Assembly (NCBI GenBank): GCA_040285825.1
Contig: JAUPSS010000002.1
Coordinates: forward strand, 2,294,001-2,358,000
Length of the DNA stretch: 64,000 nucleotides
From: Eukaryota sp. TZLM1-RC
Lineage: Eukaryota > Protista > Metamonada: BaSk clade
Reading direction: 5' to 3'
Below are positions 23,347 to 36,000 of the stretch, piece by piece. Position 1 is the first letter of the stretch; every line of letters starts with the position of its first letter. The position numbers and the translations under genes are program-made. Below the pieces are notes generated by a model. The model had not been told where the DNA came from, searched no databases, and was given only the letters and a program-made list of their open reading frames with translations.

Positions 23347-24466
23347 GACTGATGAAATTGTAAATCAATTGGTTGATTTGCATCCAGCTGAATTTTTTAA
23401 TTAGGATAAACCATCCGCTTCACAATTTTGGAAACAAAATCCACTTTCTGAAAAAGAAGTTGAAACTGCCATTTTTCGTCTTCCATCTGGAAAACCTCCA
23501 GGCATATAGTATATAACTTTTGATATGCTTAATACAAAAAGTTGCAGCTTTGACATCTGATCTATTTTTCAATTATCACGAAAATAGTTTCATTTTTAAT
23601 CTTGATTTCAAAAATGCTTTCAATTCAGTGAAAAGAGATTCAATTTGGAAAGAAATCAAATCAAATTTTCCTGAACTCGAAACCTTTTTTTATAGGTTTT
23701 ATGGTAATTCATCTGATTTAATTTTTAATTTCTTTAATCTTGATTCTTTATCAGGAGTTAAACAAGGAGACCCTTTAGGCCCTTTCTTTTTTTGTCTTGC
23801 GATTCACCCAATTTTGAAAAAATTAAAAGAAGAAAATTCTGACCTTCAAGTGGTAGCCTATTTTGGATGACATTTCTTGTATTGGTCCAGAAAGTACAAT
23901 TAATAGAATTGCTAATGAAGCTGCTACATTATACCAATCCATAGGGCTTGAGTTGAATGTTCAAAAATGTTTTTGCATTTCTAGGAAAAATGTCAAGTTA
24001 ATAATTAATTCCCTTGAAGTTCCTTATATTGATTATACTTCAACTAGTTTCTGCTTTCTATGGTTGCTATTTAGGTTCTGCCGAAAAGACACTTGATAGC
24101 CTTGAAAACTATTTAAATTCAATTAAAAAAGAGCTTGAAGTCATAAAGACCCTTGAATTGGAAAAACATCTTAAGTTTTTTCTTTTGAAAATTTGTTATG
24201 CTGGAAAAATTACTCATTTACTTAGATCATTACCTCCATCCCTAACTGACAATTTTTGTAGACAATTTAACAAAATACGTACAGAATTTTTGGCTCATTT
24301 AATGTCTGTTGATCCATCAATTTTGAAAAATCATATTTTTCTGATGTTCAACTTGGCGGTGTTGGATTCAATTCATCAGAGTATTTGACCAAAGATGCAT
24401 TTATTGATGGTGGAAAAAATTTTGTATTTGAATTCTCTAGAAGATATCCTTTTGCCGAAAATCTTC
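23347..24466 (+). mobile_element. RT fragment of a third RLE family (C), related to B
   Basis: LDFKNAFNS, GVKQGDPLGP, AY(F/L)DD with frameshifts. The thumb region is homologous to family B but clearly divergent. Confidence 0.8.
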
Positions 24467-24509
24467 TTCGATTGAAAAACCGACACAATCCATTAATAAT
24501 GGCAAATTT

Positions 24510-24958
24510 TACCCATTTATTGAATTTGCACACTTAATTAAATTAACTCATAACTAATGGGACGACTATCATTGAACCAAGATTTCCTCTACAAAATCTT
24601 GATCTGCTTGCGGTCTAGCTAAAGCTTCTCTTATTCGATTGAAAAACCAAGGTAATCTATTAATAATGGCAAATTGAATCCGTGAACGCCATAAAAAAAT
24701 ATCAAATCTTTTCCTTGTTTTTTCTTGCATCATTTTTTGGAAGTCATTCAAAAAAGTTTCTGCTTCATCTGATAATCTTCCATTTATCGAAAATGGGAAA
24801 GCAATCAAAACCAGCTGTGTATTTCTATCGACCTTAGCCTCTTCAATATCTTTATCATATTTTCTATGTTTCTCTTTTGCTTTTAAAGCCTGAGCAGCCA
24901 CAGGATTAAGTTTTCTTCTGTGAACCACAGTATCATTTGCAACATTACATGAGACAAA
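24510..24958 (-). mobile_element. RLE family A 3' fragment directly upstream of the giant gene
   Basis: ORF 24569-24928 and family A 3' UTR; ends about 65 nt before ATG 25024. Confidence 0.9.
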
Positions 24959-27900
24959 ACTTAAAAGTTCTGGAACAAGGTGGATTTTGTAGTTTTTCCT
25001 ATCAATATTATTATTTTTGACTGATGTGCGCTCGACTGCTACTGCTATTTTGTATTATAGTTTTCAGTTGCTGTACGACTGTACGTTGGACTTCTTGTGT
25101 AGACGGTTTTTGGGATGATCCCGACATGTGGGACGTTGGCTTTGTCCCTGTCAGATCCTCACATGTTGTGTTCCCTCGTTGCTATCGACCCTACTCTGTG
25201 AACCTTCAGGACCAGGTGTCTGTTTATTCTGTACTTCTTGACGAAGGATTGTCTCTCACATCAGTTGACCAGTTTGCAAAGCTCCACATCAAGACTAACC
25301 TCTCATGGCTCGGAGGAATTGTCGATCTGCCATTGACTCTAACGGACGATTCGATTCTTTCTATTGACTGTGATGAACAATCTGTTCTTGGTCCCAACGG
25401 TGCCCTCTCCGGTAACTTCCAGGTCTCTCTCTCCACCGGATCTGTCCTACAGGTTTTTGGCCTTTTGAACCTTTCGACTCCCATCATTTTAGAAGATCAC
25501 TCTCGTATTCTGCTGGCGGATGGCAGTCTCATTTCCCGTCTCCTCACCTCTCCTCTCTCTCTTGATGCTGTCCTTGAAGTCTCTTGTAATGCCAACATTC
25601 TTGATTTTATCATCGATCAAGGAGATGTTACTGTATTCTATCACTGTCCTCATGATGATGAACCTCCCCTGCAACACCACAACTCTCCAGTCTCCCTTGA
25701 AGTTACGGATGGTCTTTATTCCACGGAAGATCTTCATGTAACTGGTGATTTATATTGGAAATCTGGCCCATTGGAAGCACCAAACATTTATGTCATGGGC
25801 AATGCTTTTATTCACAGTCCAAATACCCTAAAGTTGTCTGGAAATCTTCTTGTTAATGGTGATTTGGAAATAGCTGATGATACCTCTCTTTCTATTGCAT
25901 CAAACTCTTCTATTACTGTCAATGCTACTACTCTTATCAAAGGAAAAGCTACTATTAGTAGATCGTCTTTTACTGGTACCCTTCCCTATCTTACTAGTTC
26001 TCTTGTTATTCCAACCCAAAGTGTTCTTAATTTAGGCATTGATTTGGTTATGCGTGATTCCTCAGTGATTAATGGCACTCTCAACTATCTACAACCCCCC
26101 TTAATGTCTCTTTCATCTGGATTTGGGCCTCTTACCTCTACTTCAACTGTTACTGGAACCACTACTTGGTCTTCTGTTTCAGCCTCAACTGTCAATGTAA
26201 ATAATGGAGGTCATTTGACTATTACTGGTTCATTCTCTACAACTACAAACTTTAACATTAATCGTGGCACAGTTAGAATCACTACTGGTGGTACAATCAA
26301 CTTGGGCAATATTGATATAGTACATGGCCATTTGCAATTAGATACTAATAGCGGTATTAATTGTCAAAGTGTTTCACTTACACACGGTAGAATTATTGGA
26401 AGAGCTTCTGTATCTGCTATTGGAAATTTTCAAATGCATGCTTCTGATATTTTGTTACCGGCCTTTAGGACCCATGGAACTGACTCTTTTATCACTGTTT
26501 TCAACTTTCTCCGTATTAATTCCAAAATTGAAAATTATGGGACCATGTTAATTGGAAGAACAGGAACAATTCCAGGTAGCTTTCATTTACCCTATCTTTA
26601 CTTTGAAACGGGGGTAGTCCTTGAAAATAGAGGTACTATGCGTATTCAAGACACTATTGAAATTGTTTCTTACAACCTAAAATCTGGCAATTTTCCAATG
26701 ATTAATGCTCATTCTGGTACTTTAACAAAGCAACGATCAAATTCAAATGCCGCAACCACCAATGTTCGGTTACTATTTGAATCCCAAAGTTCATCTACTG
26801 TTACTATTCATGACAGTAATAACCTTCGTTTAATGTACAATAATACTCGTAGTAACAGACATGGAATTCGTGGTAATCTTAATTTACGCCACAATGCTAA
26901 GCTTTTACTTTGGGAAGATTACCTTCATTGCAGAAGTGGTTCTAATATTGTAGCCAGTGGTAGTAATCCTGGTATAATTGAATTAGAAAGTTCCCAATCA
27001 GTATTAGAAATTGATGGTGATTCTCAGATGAACCCTCATTATGAACAATCTTATTCCAGTACAATTTTCAATGAACCTGGCAAGTTTTTATTTGATTCTA
27101 TTAGATCTAAAAACTCTGTACAATATCATTTTCGCCAGGATCAATCAACTACTGTGTCTGAATTGGATTTGCTTCATTTGACCGATTCCTCTGAAATAAC
27201 TTTTTACCACATTAAACAGGATGTTCATTGGGTAAAGGTTTGGCAGCTTCATCAGTCTATTTTACGTATTCTCAAAACTGATGGTGACCTTAAAATAGAT
27301 GAGTTTATTCAAGAAGATGGTACTACTGAAATTGGTGATGTTGGTGGAGATTTGATAATTGATGATTTAGAAGTAGGCGGCGATTTCGAAGTAGGCGATG
27401 TTGATGGCGATATTGATATCGGTAATATTGATTTAATTGGAGATGGTAAAATTGACCTTCCTACTGGTGGTGGATCTGTTACAATTCGTAATGACCTGGA
27501 GATCGGTGATGGTCAAGAAATTCATTTTCCCGAAATTAATGATGATTTTATTATTGAAGGAGATGTCAATTGTGATGGTGGTAGCTTCATTATAGATGGT
27601 GTTGGTAAAGATTTCAAAGTAGAAGCCTTGAATTTGATCAATTGTCACTTTGAAATTAAAAGAATTGACGGCAATTTCAACGTTTTTGAAACTATTCATG
27701 AAACTAATTCTGTTTTAATTCTTGGTGATAATCGCGGCACTTCAACTGTTTCTGGTACTCTTACGTTAGTCTCAGGTAGTTCATTTACCATTAATGGACA
27801 TAATGTCAATCTCAACGCCAAAGTACTTGTTCGATCAAGTTCAACCTTTAATGTTCAATCTTTGACTAGTAACATGTTTGTTCAAGACATGGAATTGAAT

Positions 27901-30014
27901 TCTGGAAGTTCAGGTGATGCACAATTTTCTAATATTGCTGGAACTCTTACCCTTCGAAATACTGATATTCGATCTGGTTCTTTCATTATCAATAACGTCA
28001 ATGTTCTGACCGTACCTAGTTCCAGAACCTTCAGAAACCGTGGAGGTTCTGTTTCATTGTCAGTTGGTACGTTTAATCTAAATAGTGCTACATTTACTCA
28101 CACTTCTGGCACAACTACTATTTCAAATGGTCAAATTAATACGAATTCTGCAACTACATTTTCAGTTTCTGGAGGTACTTGTACACTTCAGTGTCCTTCT
28201 TCGCCACGTCACCTTGACTCAGCAACAGTCACTGGTGGTAGATTGAACTTTTGCAATAATAATTTATACACTGTGCGTAAATTACAATGGACTGGGGGTA
28301 GTATTTACGCTAATCACTTGTCCATTCTTGAAAGTCATGTCTTTAGCTCTGCTGATGTTACAGTTATCTCCAATTCTAAATTTACCTTTGAATCATCTTT
28401 TACTATTAGTGGTTCTACAACTATCAGTACTAATTCCAATGTCGAATTCCACCTCAAAGGTTCTTTAACTGTTAACTCTGGATTAACATTGTCTGGAACA
28501 AACTCTCAAATGATTGTTGATGGGTTAGTCCAGTTTAACTCAAACTCTAATCTCGCAACAACACTCAGGACTAATAATAATATTACAATTAATGCTAATG
28601 TCCACGCTTTTAGATTCCAACCTCAAGATCATTTTAATCTTGTTAGCGGTAGTGAGGTCAGGTCTTCAAATGATCTTGTTATTGCTTCTGGTAAGTACCT
28701 TTCTGGTGCTGGAACTATTAAAAGGCGAACAGTAATTAATGGCCATTTAAAACCTTTGAATTTAATTAGAATTGAGGGAAATCTTCAGTTTGGGTCTAGT
28801 TCCACCTTCCACACGTTTATTTACTCTTCCTCTTCATTCACTAGGGTTCAATGTACTGGTTTTGTTTCATTATCAGGTACCCTTGCTATTGATTTTGTTT
28901 GGCAAGATTACAATTCTGGTACTTCTTATGATTTACTGACTTATTCTTCAAGATCTGGTTCTTTTAATAGAGATTTCATTTGTGATTCATTTATGGATCT
29001 TAATTACCATTCAAGTAAAATGGAGCTGGTAATGGCAGCTCCTATCCGAACTGATTTGGAGGGTGAATCTTTCATTGGTGAAGATGGTATTGATAACCAA
29101 TGTTGTGGTGTTTCTCAACGACCCTGCAAAACGACAGCTCAAATTGAAAACCGAATGGGAAAAACAGGGATTGTTAATGTATTTGCTGGCTCTCTTCAAG
29201 GATCCAATGTTGCTTATTCTTTTAATGGTCATGATTGGGAAGTCAAAAGAACTGGTTCTGGAACTGCTGAATTGATCTGTTCCAATAGTAATTTGTTTAA
29301 CATTCGAAATTCTGACATTACTTTTCAGGATTTAACTTTGAAAGGATGTAGTAATCAACGTTTATTAGACTCCAAGGATTCCACAATTAAATTCGTTAGA
29401 ACTACCTTTGCTGACTCTTCAAATTCTGTTCATGTTTCATTAGACAATACTAATGTGGATGTTACTGATGTTCTTTTTGAACAATTATCAGGTGGAATTC
29501 CCCTTCGTCTAGTGTCCGATTCAAAATTTACTGGTTCAGATGTTTCATTTGTTGGTGTTAATTCTGGTTCCAATTCCATTATTGATGTCAATAATTCGGA
29601 ACTAGATCTACAGAGTATTTCATCATCTTCAGGAACTAAAGGTAAGAATTTACTGATTGCTGATAATTCCAATATCAAGGTCGATGATGTTTCTGTTTCT
29701 AATACTCAATTCACTCACGCTACTTTTGAATTTAATGCTCTGGCCACACGAGGTTTTATTAACAATTTTAAAGGTGGTTCTTCTTTTTCAGCCAAGAATT
29801 TCATCAGAATGGTCCATACCCAAGTTACTATACAAAGTTCTAATTTGGCAAATAGTAACTCTTATTCTGACAATGTTATTGAAGTTTTCAATTCAAATTC
29901 TGTATGGAATTCTTTGTTTATTCATGATACCTTTATTCTACATTCCTCAACTCCCTCACTTTATGTAGAAAATTCCAAAGTTGAAGTTTCCAATTTGGTT
30001 ATCAAAGATTCAAC

Positions 30015-33000
30015 AGCTTCTGGCCATGTTGAATTAACCAATTCTGACTTCAAAGCAACTAATGTTGAATTTAAGAATCTTGAAGGTAAAGTTTTTGACG
30101 TAAAGAGTGGTTCTCAAGTCGAGGGCTTAAATGTTAAAGTTATTGATACCACTACTAATAATGATCCAATGATGGTTACTGATTCTTCCACTATTGATTT
30201 TAAACAAACTGAAATTATTAATTCTTGTGTAAGACCAGCTTTTGAATCTATTGATTCTACTATTAAAATTGATGACTTGAAGGTTTCTCATCCCAATACT
30301 TATAGTGGATCTTTATTTGATGTTTCCAGTGATTCTGAATTAACCTTAGATAACATCAATATTGTCAAGGAATCTTCTACTTCAACTACTGTAACTTGTT
30401 CTTTTACTGATCCTTTATTTACTGTTGATAATTCAGAGGTTACTTTGGCTGATTCCTCACTTATTGGCCATTTGTCCCAAACTCTTGTTGGTATTAACAA
30501 TGCAGATGTTACCTTTACTAATGTTGATGTATTAGATTCACAAGCTTCTGGCCATGTTGAATTAACCAATTCTGACTTCAAAGCAACTGATGTTGAATTT
30601 AAGAATCTTGAAGGTAAAGTTTTTGATGTAAAGAGTGGTTCTCAAGTCGAGGGCTTAAATGTTAAAGTTATTGATACCACTACTAATAATGATCCAATGA
30701 TGGTTACTGATTCTTCCACTATTGATTTTAAACAAACTGAAATTATTAATTCTTGTGTAAGACCAGCTTTTGAATCTATTGATTCTACTATTAAAATTGA
30801 TGACTTGAAGGTTTCTCATCCCAATACTTATAGTGGATCTTTATTTGATGCTTCCAGTGATTCTGAATTAATCTTAGATAATATCAATATTGTCAAGGAA
30901 TCTTCTACTTCAACTACTGTATCTTGTTCTTTTACTGATCCTCTATTTGCTGTTGATAATTCAGCGGTTACTTTGGCTGATTCCTCACTTATTGGTCATT
31001 TGTCCCAAACTCTTGTTGGTATTAACAATGCAGATGTTACCTTTACTAATGTTGATGTATTAGATTCACAATCTTCTGGCCATGTTGAATTAGCCAATTC
31101 TGACTTCAAAGCAACTGATGTTAAATTTAAGAATCTTGAAGGTAGAGTTTTTGACGCAAAGAGTGGTTCTCAAGTTGAAGGCTTAAATGTTAAAGTTATT
31201 GATACCACTACTAATAATGATCCAATGATGGTTACTGATTCTTCCACTATTGTTTTTAAACAAACTGAAATTATTAATTCTTGTGTAAGACCAGCTTTTG
31301 AATCTATTGATTCTACTATTAAAATTGATGACTTGAAGGTTTCTCATCCCAATACTTATAGTGGATCTTTATTTGATGTTTTCAGTGCTTCTGAATTAAC
31401 CTTAGATAACATCAATATTGTCAAGGAATCTTCTACTTCAACTACTGTAACTTGTTCTTTTACTGATCCTTTATTTACTGTTGATAATTCAGAGGTTACT
31501 TTGGCTGATTCCTCACTTATTGGTCATTTGTCCCAAACTCTTGTTGGTATTAACAATGCAGATGTTACCTTTACTAATGTTGATGTATTAGATTCACAAG
31601 CTTCTGGCCATGTTGAATTAACCAATTCTGACTTCAAAGCAACTGATGTTGAATTTAAGAATCTTGAAGGTAAAGTTTTTGACGTAAAGAGTGATTCTGA
31701 TTTTAATGGTTTGCGTGTACAACTTTTAAATATTGATACTCCATCTGAAGCTCTTTTGAAGACTTCCTTTAGTAAAATAACTTTGGTTGATTCTAAAATA
31801 CTTGATTCATCTGTTTTTAGATTAATTGATTCCATTTCTAGTGGAGAAACTACTTTAACTAATTTCGATATCATCAATCTTACTTCTTATTCAGGTTCAT
31901 TTATCAATGCTGATGACTCAACCTTGGATTTCACCAATGTCAAAACTTTAGGTCCAGTTGATTCTGATGGTAATGTTATTAGTGGATGTGCTAATGATGA
32001 ACCTCTTATTACCCTTGTTAAATCTAATGTTGATTTTGATGATGTAGTTGTTGTTGGTTGTCAATCTCAATCTATTGTTGCTACTGATTCTACTATTGAT
32101 TTAGAAACTGTTCTTGTTCGTGATTCCAAAGCCTCTGGCCATGTTGAATTAACCAATTCTGACTTCAAAGCAACTAATGTTGAATTTAAGAATCTTGAAG
32201 GTAAAGTTTTTGATGTCAAGAGTGGTTCTCAAGTCGAGAGTTCAAATGTTAAAGTTATTGATACCACTACTAATAATGATCCAATGATGGTTACTGATTC
32301 ATCCACTATTGATTTTAAACAAACTGAAATTGTTAATTCTTGTGTAAGACCAGCTTTTGAATCTATTGATTCTACTATTAAAATTGATGACTTGAAGGTA
32401 TCTCATCCCAATACTTATAGTGGATCTTTATTTGATGTTTCCAGTGCTTCTGAATTAACCTTAGATAACATCAATATTGTCAAGGAATCTTCTACTTCAA
32501 CTACTGTAACTTGTTCTTTTACTGATCCTTTATTTACTGTTGATAATTCAGAGGTTACTTTGGCTGATTCCTCACTTATTGGTCATTTGTCCCAGACTCT
32601 TGTTGGTATTAACAATGCAGATGTTACCTTTACTAATGTTGATGTATTAGATTCACAATCTTCTGGCCATGTTGAATTAGCCAATTCTGACTTCAAAGCA
32701 ACTGATGTTGAATTTAAGAATCTTGAAGGTAAAGTTTTTGATGTAAAGAGTGGTTCTGTTATTGATGGTTTGCGTGTACAACTTTTAAATATTGATACTC
32801 CATCTGAAGCTCTTTTGAAGACTTCCTTTAGTAAAATAACTTTGGTTGATTCTAAAATACTTGATTCATCTGTTTTTAGATTAATTGATTCCATTTCTAA
32901 TGCAGAAACTACTTTAACTAATTTCGATATCATCAATCTTACTTCTTATTCAGGTTCATTTATCAATGCTGATGACTCAACCTTGGATTTCACCAATGTC

Positions 33001-36000
33001 AAAACTTTAGGTCCAGTTGATTCTGATGGTAAAGTTATTAGTGGATGTGCTAATGATGAACCTCTTATTACCCTTGTTAAATCTAATGTTGATTTTGATG
33101 ATGTAGTTGTTGTTGGTTGTCAATCTCAATCTATTGTTGCTACTGATTCTACTATTGATTTAGAAACTGTTCTTGTTCGTGATTCCAAAGCCTCTGGCCA
33201 TGTTGAATTAACCAATTCTGACTTCAAAGCAACTAATGTTGAATTTAAGAATCTTGAAGGTAAAGTTTTTGATGTCAAGAGTGGTTCTCAAGTCGAGAGT
33301 TCAAATGTTAAAGTTATTGATACCACTACCAATAATAGTCCAATGATGGTTACTGATTCATCCACTATTGATTTTAAACAAACTGAAATTATTAATTCTT
33401 GTGTAAGACCAGCTTTTGAATCTATTGATTCTACTATTAAAATTGATGACTTGAAGGTATCTCATCCCAATACTTATAGTGGATCTTTATTTGATGTTTC
33501 CAGTGCTTCTGAATTAACCTTAGATAACATCAATATTGTCAAGGAATCTTCTACTTCAACTACTGTAACTTGTTCTTTTACTGATCCTCTATTTACTGTT
33601 GATAATTCAGCGGTTACTTTGGCTGATTCCTCACTTATTGGCCATTTGTCCCAGACTCTTGTTGGTATTAACAATGCAGATGTTACCTTTACTAATGTTG
33701 ATGTATTAGATTCACAAGCTTCTGGCCATGTTGAATTGGCCAATTCTGACTTCAAAGCAACTGATGTTGAATTTAAGAATCTTGAAGGTAAAGTTTTTGA
33801 CGTAAAGAGTGATTCTGATTTTAATGGTTTGCGTGTACAACTTTTAAATATTGATACTCCATCTGAAGCTCTTTTGAAGACTTCCTTTAGTAAAGTAACT
33901 TTGGTTGATTCTAAAATACTTGATTCATCTGTTTTTAGATTAATTGATTCCATTTCTAATGGTGAAACTACTTTAACTAATTTCGATATCATCAATCTTA
34001 CTTCTTATTCAGGGTCATTTATCAATGCTGATGACTCAACCTTGGATTTCACCAATGTCAAAACTTTAGGTCCAGTTGATTCTGATGGTAATGTTATTAG
34101 TGGATGTGCTAATGATGAACCTCTTATTACCCTTGCTAAATCTAATGTTGATTTTGATGATGTTGTTGTTGTTGGTTGTCAATCTCAATCTATTGTTGCT
34201 ACTGATTCTACTATTGATTTAGAAACTGTTCTTGTTCGTGATTCAACTGCTACTGATGGTCATTTTGAATTAACCAAAACTACTTTGACTATGAATAATG
34301 CCAATTTCCAAGGTCTTGAAGGTAAAGTTTTCAATATTAAAGATACTACTAAAGTTACTGGAACCAATGTTGATATTTCTGACTTTTTTGGATCATCTTT
34401 ATTGAATTTGCACACTTGATTAAATTAAATCATAACTAATGGGACGACTATCATTAAACCAAGATTTCCTCTACAAAATCTTGATTTGCTTGCTGTCTAG
34501 CTAAAGCTTCTCTAATTCGATTGAAAAACCGCGGTAATCTATTAATAATGGCAAATTGAATCCGTGAACGCCATAAAAAAATATCAAATCTTTTCATTGT
34601 TTTTTCTTTCACCATTTTTTGGAAGTCATCCAAAAAAGTTTCTGCTTCAACTGATAATCTTCCATTTATCGAAAATGGGAAAGCAATAAAAACCAGCTGT
34701 GTATTTCTATCGACATTTGCATCTTCAATTTCTTTATCATATTTTCTATGTTTTTCTTTTGCTTTAAAATCCAGAGCAGCCACAGGATTAAGTCTTCTTC
34801 TGTGAACCAAAGTATCGTTTGCAACATTACATGAGACAAAGTCAACAATAGCTTCAGAATTATCAATCCAATCACAGTATACATCACCTCTATCATCAGA
34901 ACCAAAATTATTCAGAGAAAGTGTTTCCTTCAGCAGGGGCTCTTTGATACACGATATCCTTGCAGTTTGTGCCATATTGAAAACAGTGTCTCTAACAGCA
35001 TCATGTAATGAAGAACGATAAGTTATCAATTTAGAGCAATTTAGAGCATGGCGCAAAGTGAGTTGAGGTGAATTCGAACAAATACATTTTTCTTTTGATA
35101 ATAATTGGTTAATGGGGATGTTCAAATATAATCTCATTTTTGTTACAAATGCTTCATTAGTGGCACACAATCCAAATCTTCGTGGTACAATGGTTACAAA
35201 AAGTGAAGAATCTGACGCCTTGTTTTCACAAACACCCTTTTCCAATAACAATGTGTGAAGATCTTGATTTAAAACATGATTTCTGACTCAAATTCCAATT
35301 CTGATGACTTAATTGTGATCAATAATTCTGAGCTTACCTTGACCACTGTTGATTTTTCTAATACTAAATTCAGCAACATTATTGATACCCAAACTTCCAC
35401 AATTACCATTACTGACTTTGATATTGTTCACCATGAATCTAATACTGGTTCATTTATCAATGCTGATGACTCAACCTTGGATTTCACCAATGTCAAAACT
35501 TTAGGTCCAGTTGATTCAGATGGTAAAGTTATTGTTGGATGTGCTAATGATGAACCTCTTATTACCCTTGTTAAATCTAATGTTGATTTTGATGATGTAG
35601 TTGTTGTTGGTTGTCAATCTCAATCTATTGTTGCTACTGATTCTACTATTGATTTAGAAACTGTTCTTGTTCGTGATTCAACTGCTTCTGATGGTCACTT
35701 TGAATTAACCAAAACTACTTTGACTATGAATAATGCCAATTTCCAAGGTCTTGAAGGTAAAGTCTTCAATATTAAAGATACTACTAAAGTTGTTGGAACC
35801 AATGTTGGTATTTCTGATTCAAATTCCAATTCTGATGACTTAATTGTGATCGATAATTCTGATCTTACCTTGACCACTGTTGACCTTTCTTATACTAAAT
35901 TCAGCAACATTATTGATACCAAAACTTCCACAATTACCATTACTGACTTTGATATTGTTCATCATGAATCTAATACTGGTTCATTTATCAATGCTGATGA

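Noticed and set aside
20017-24466. Twin-priming inversion joining the B 3' end to the plus-strand RT fragment
   Set aside because: The RT fragment belongs to a divergent family (C), so the two parts need not come from one RNA.
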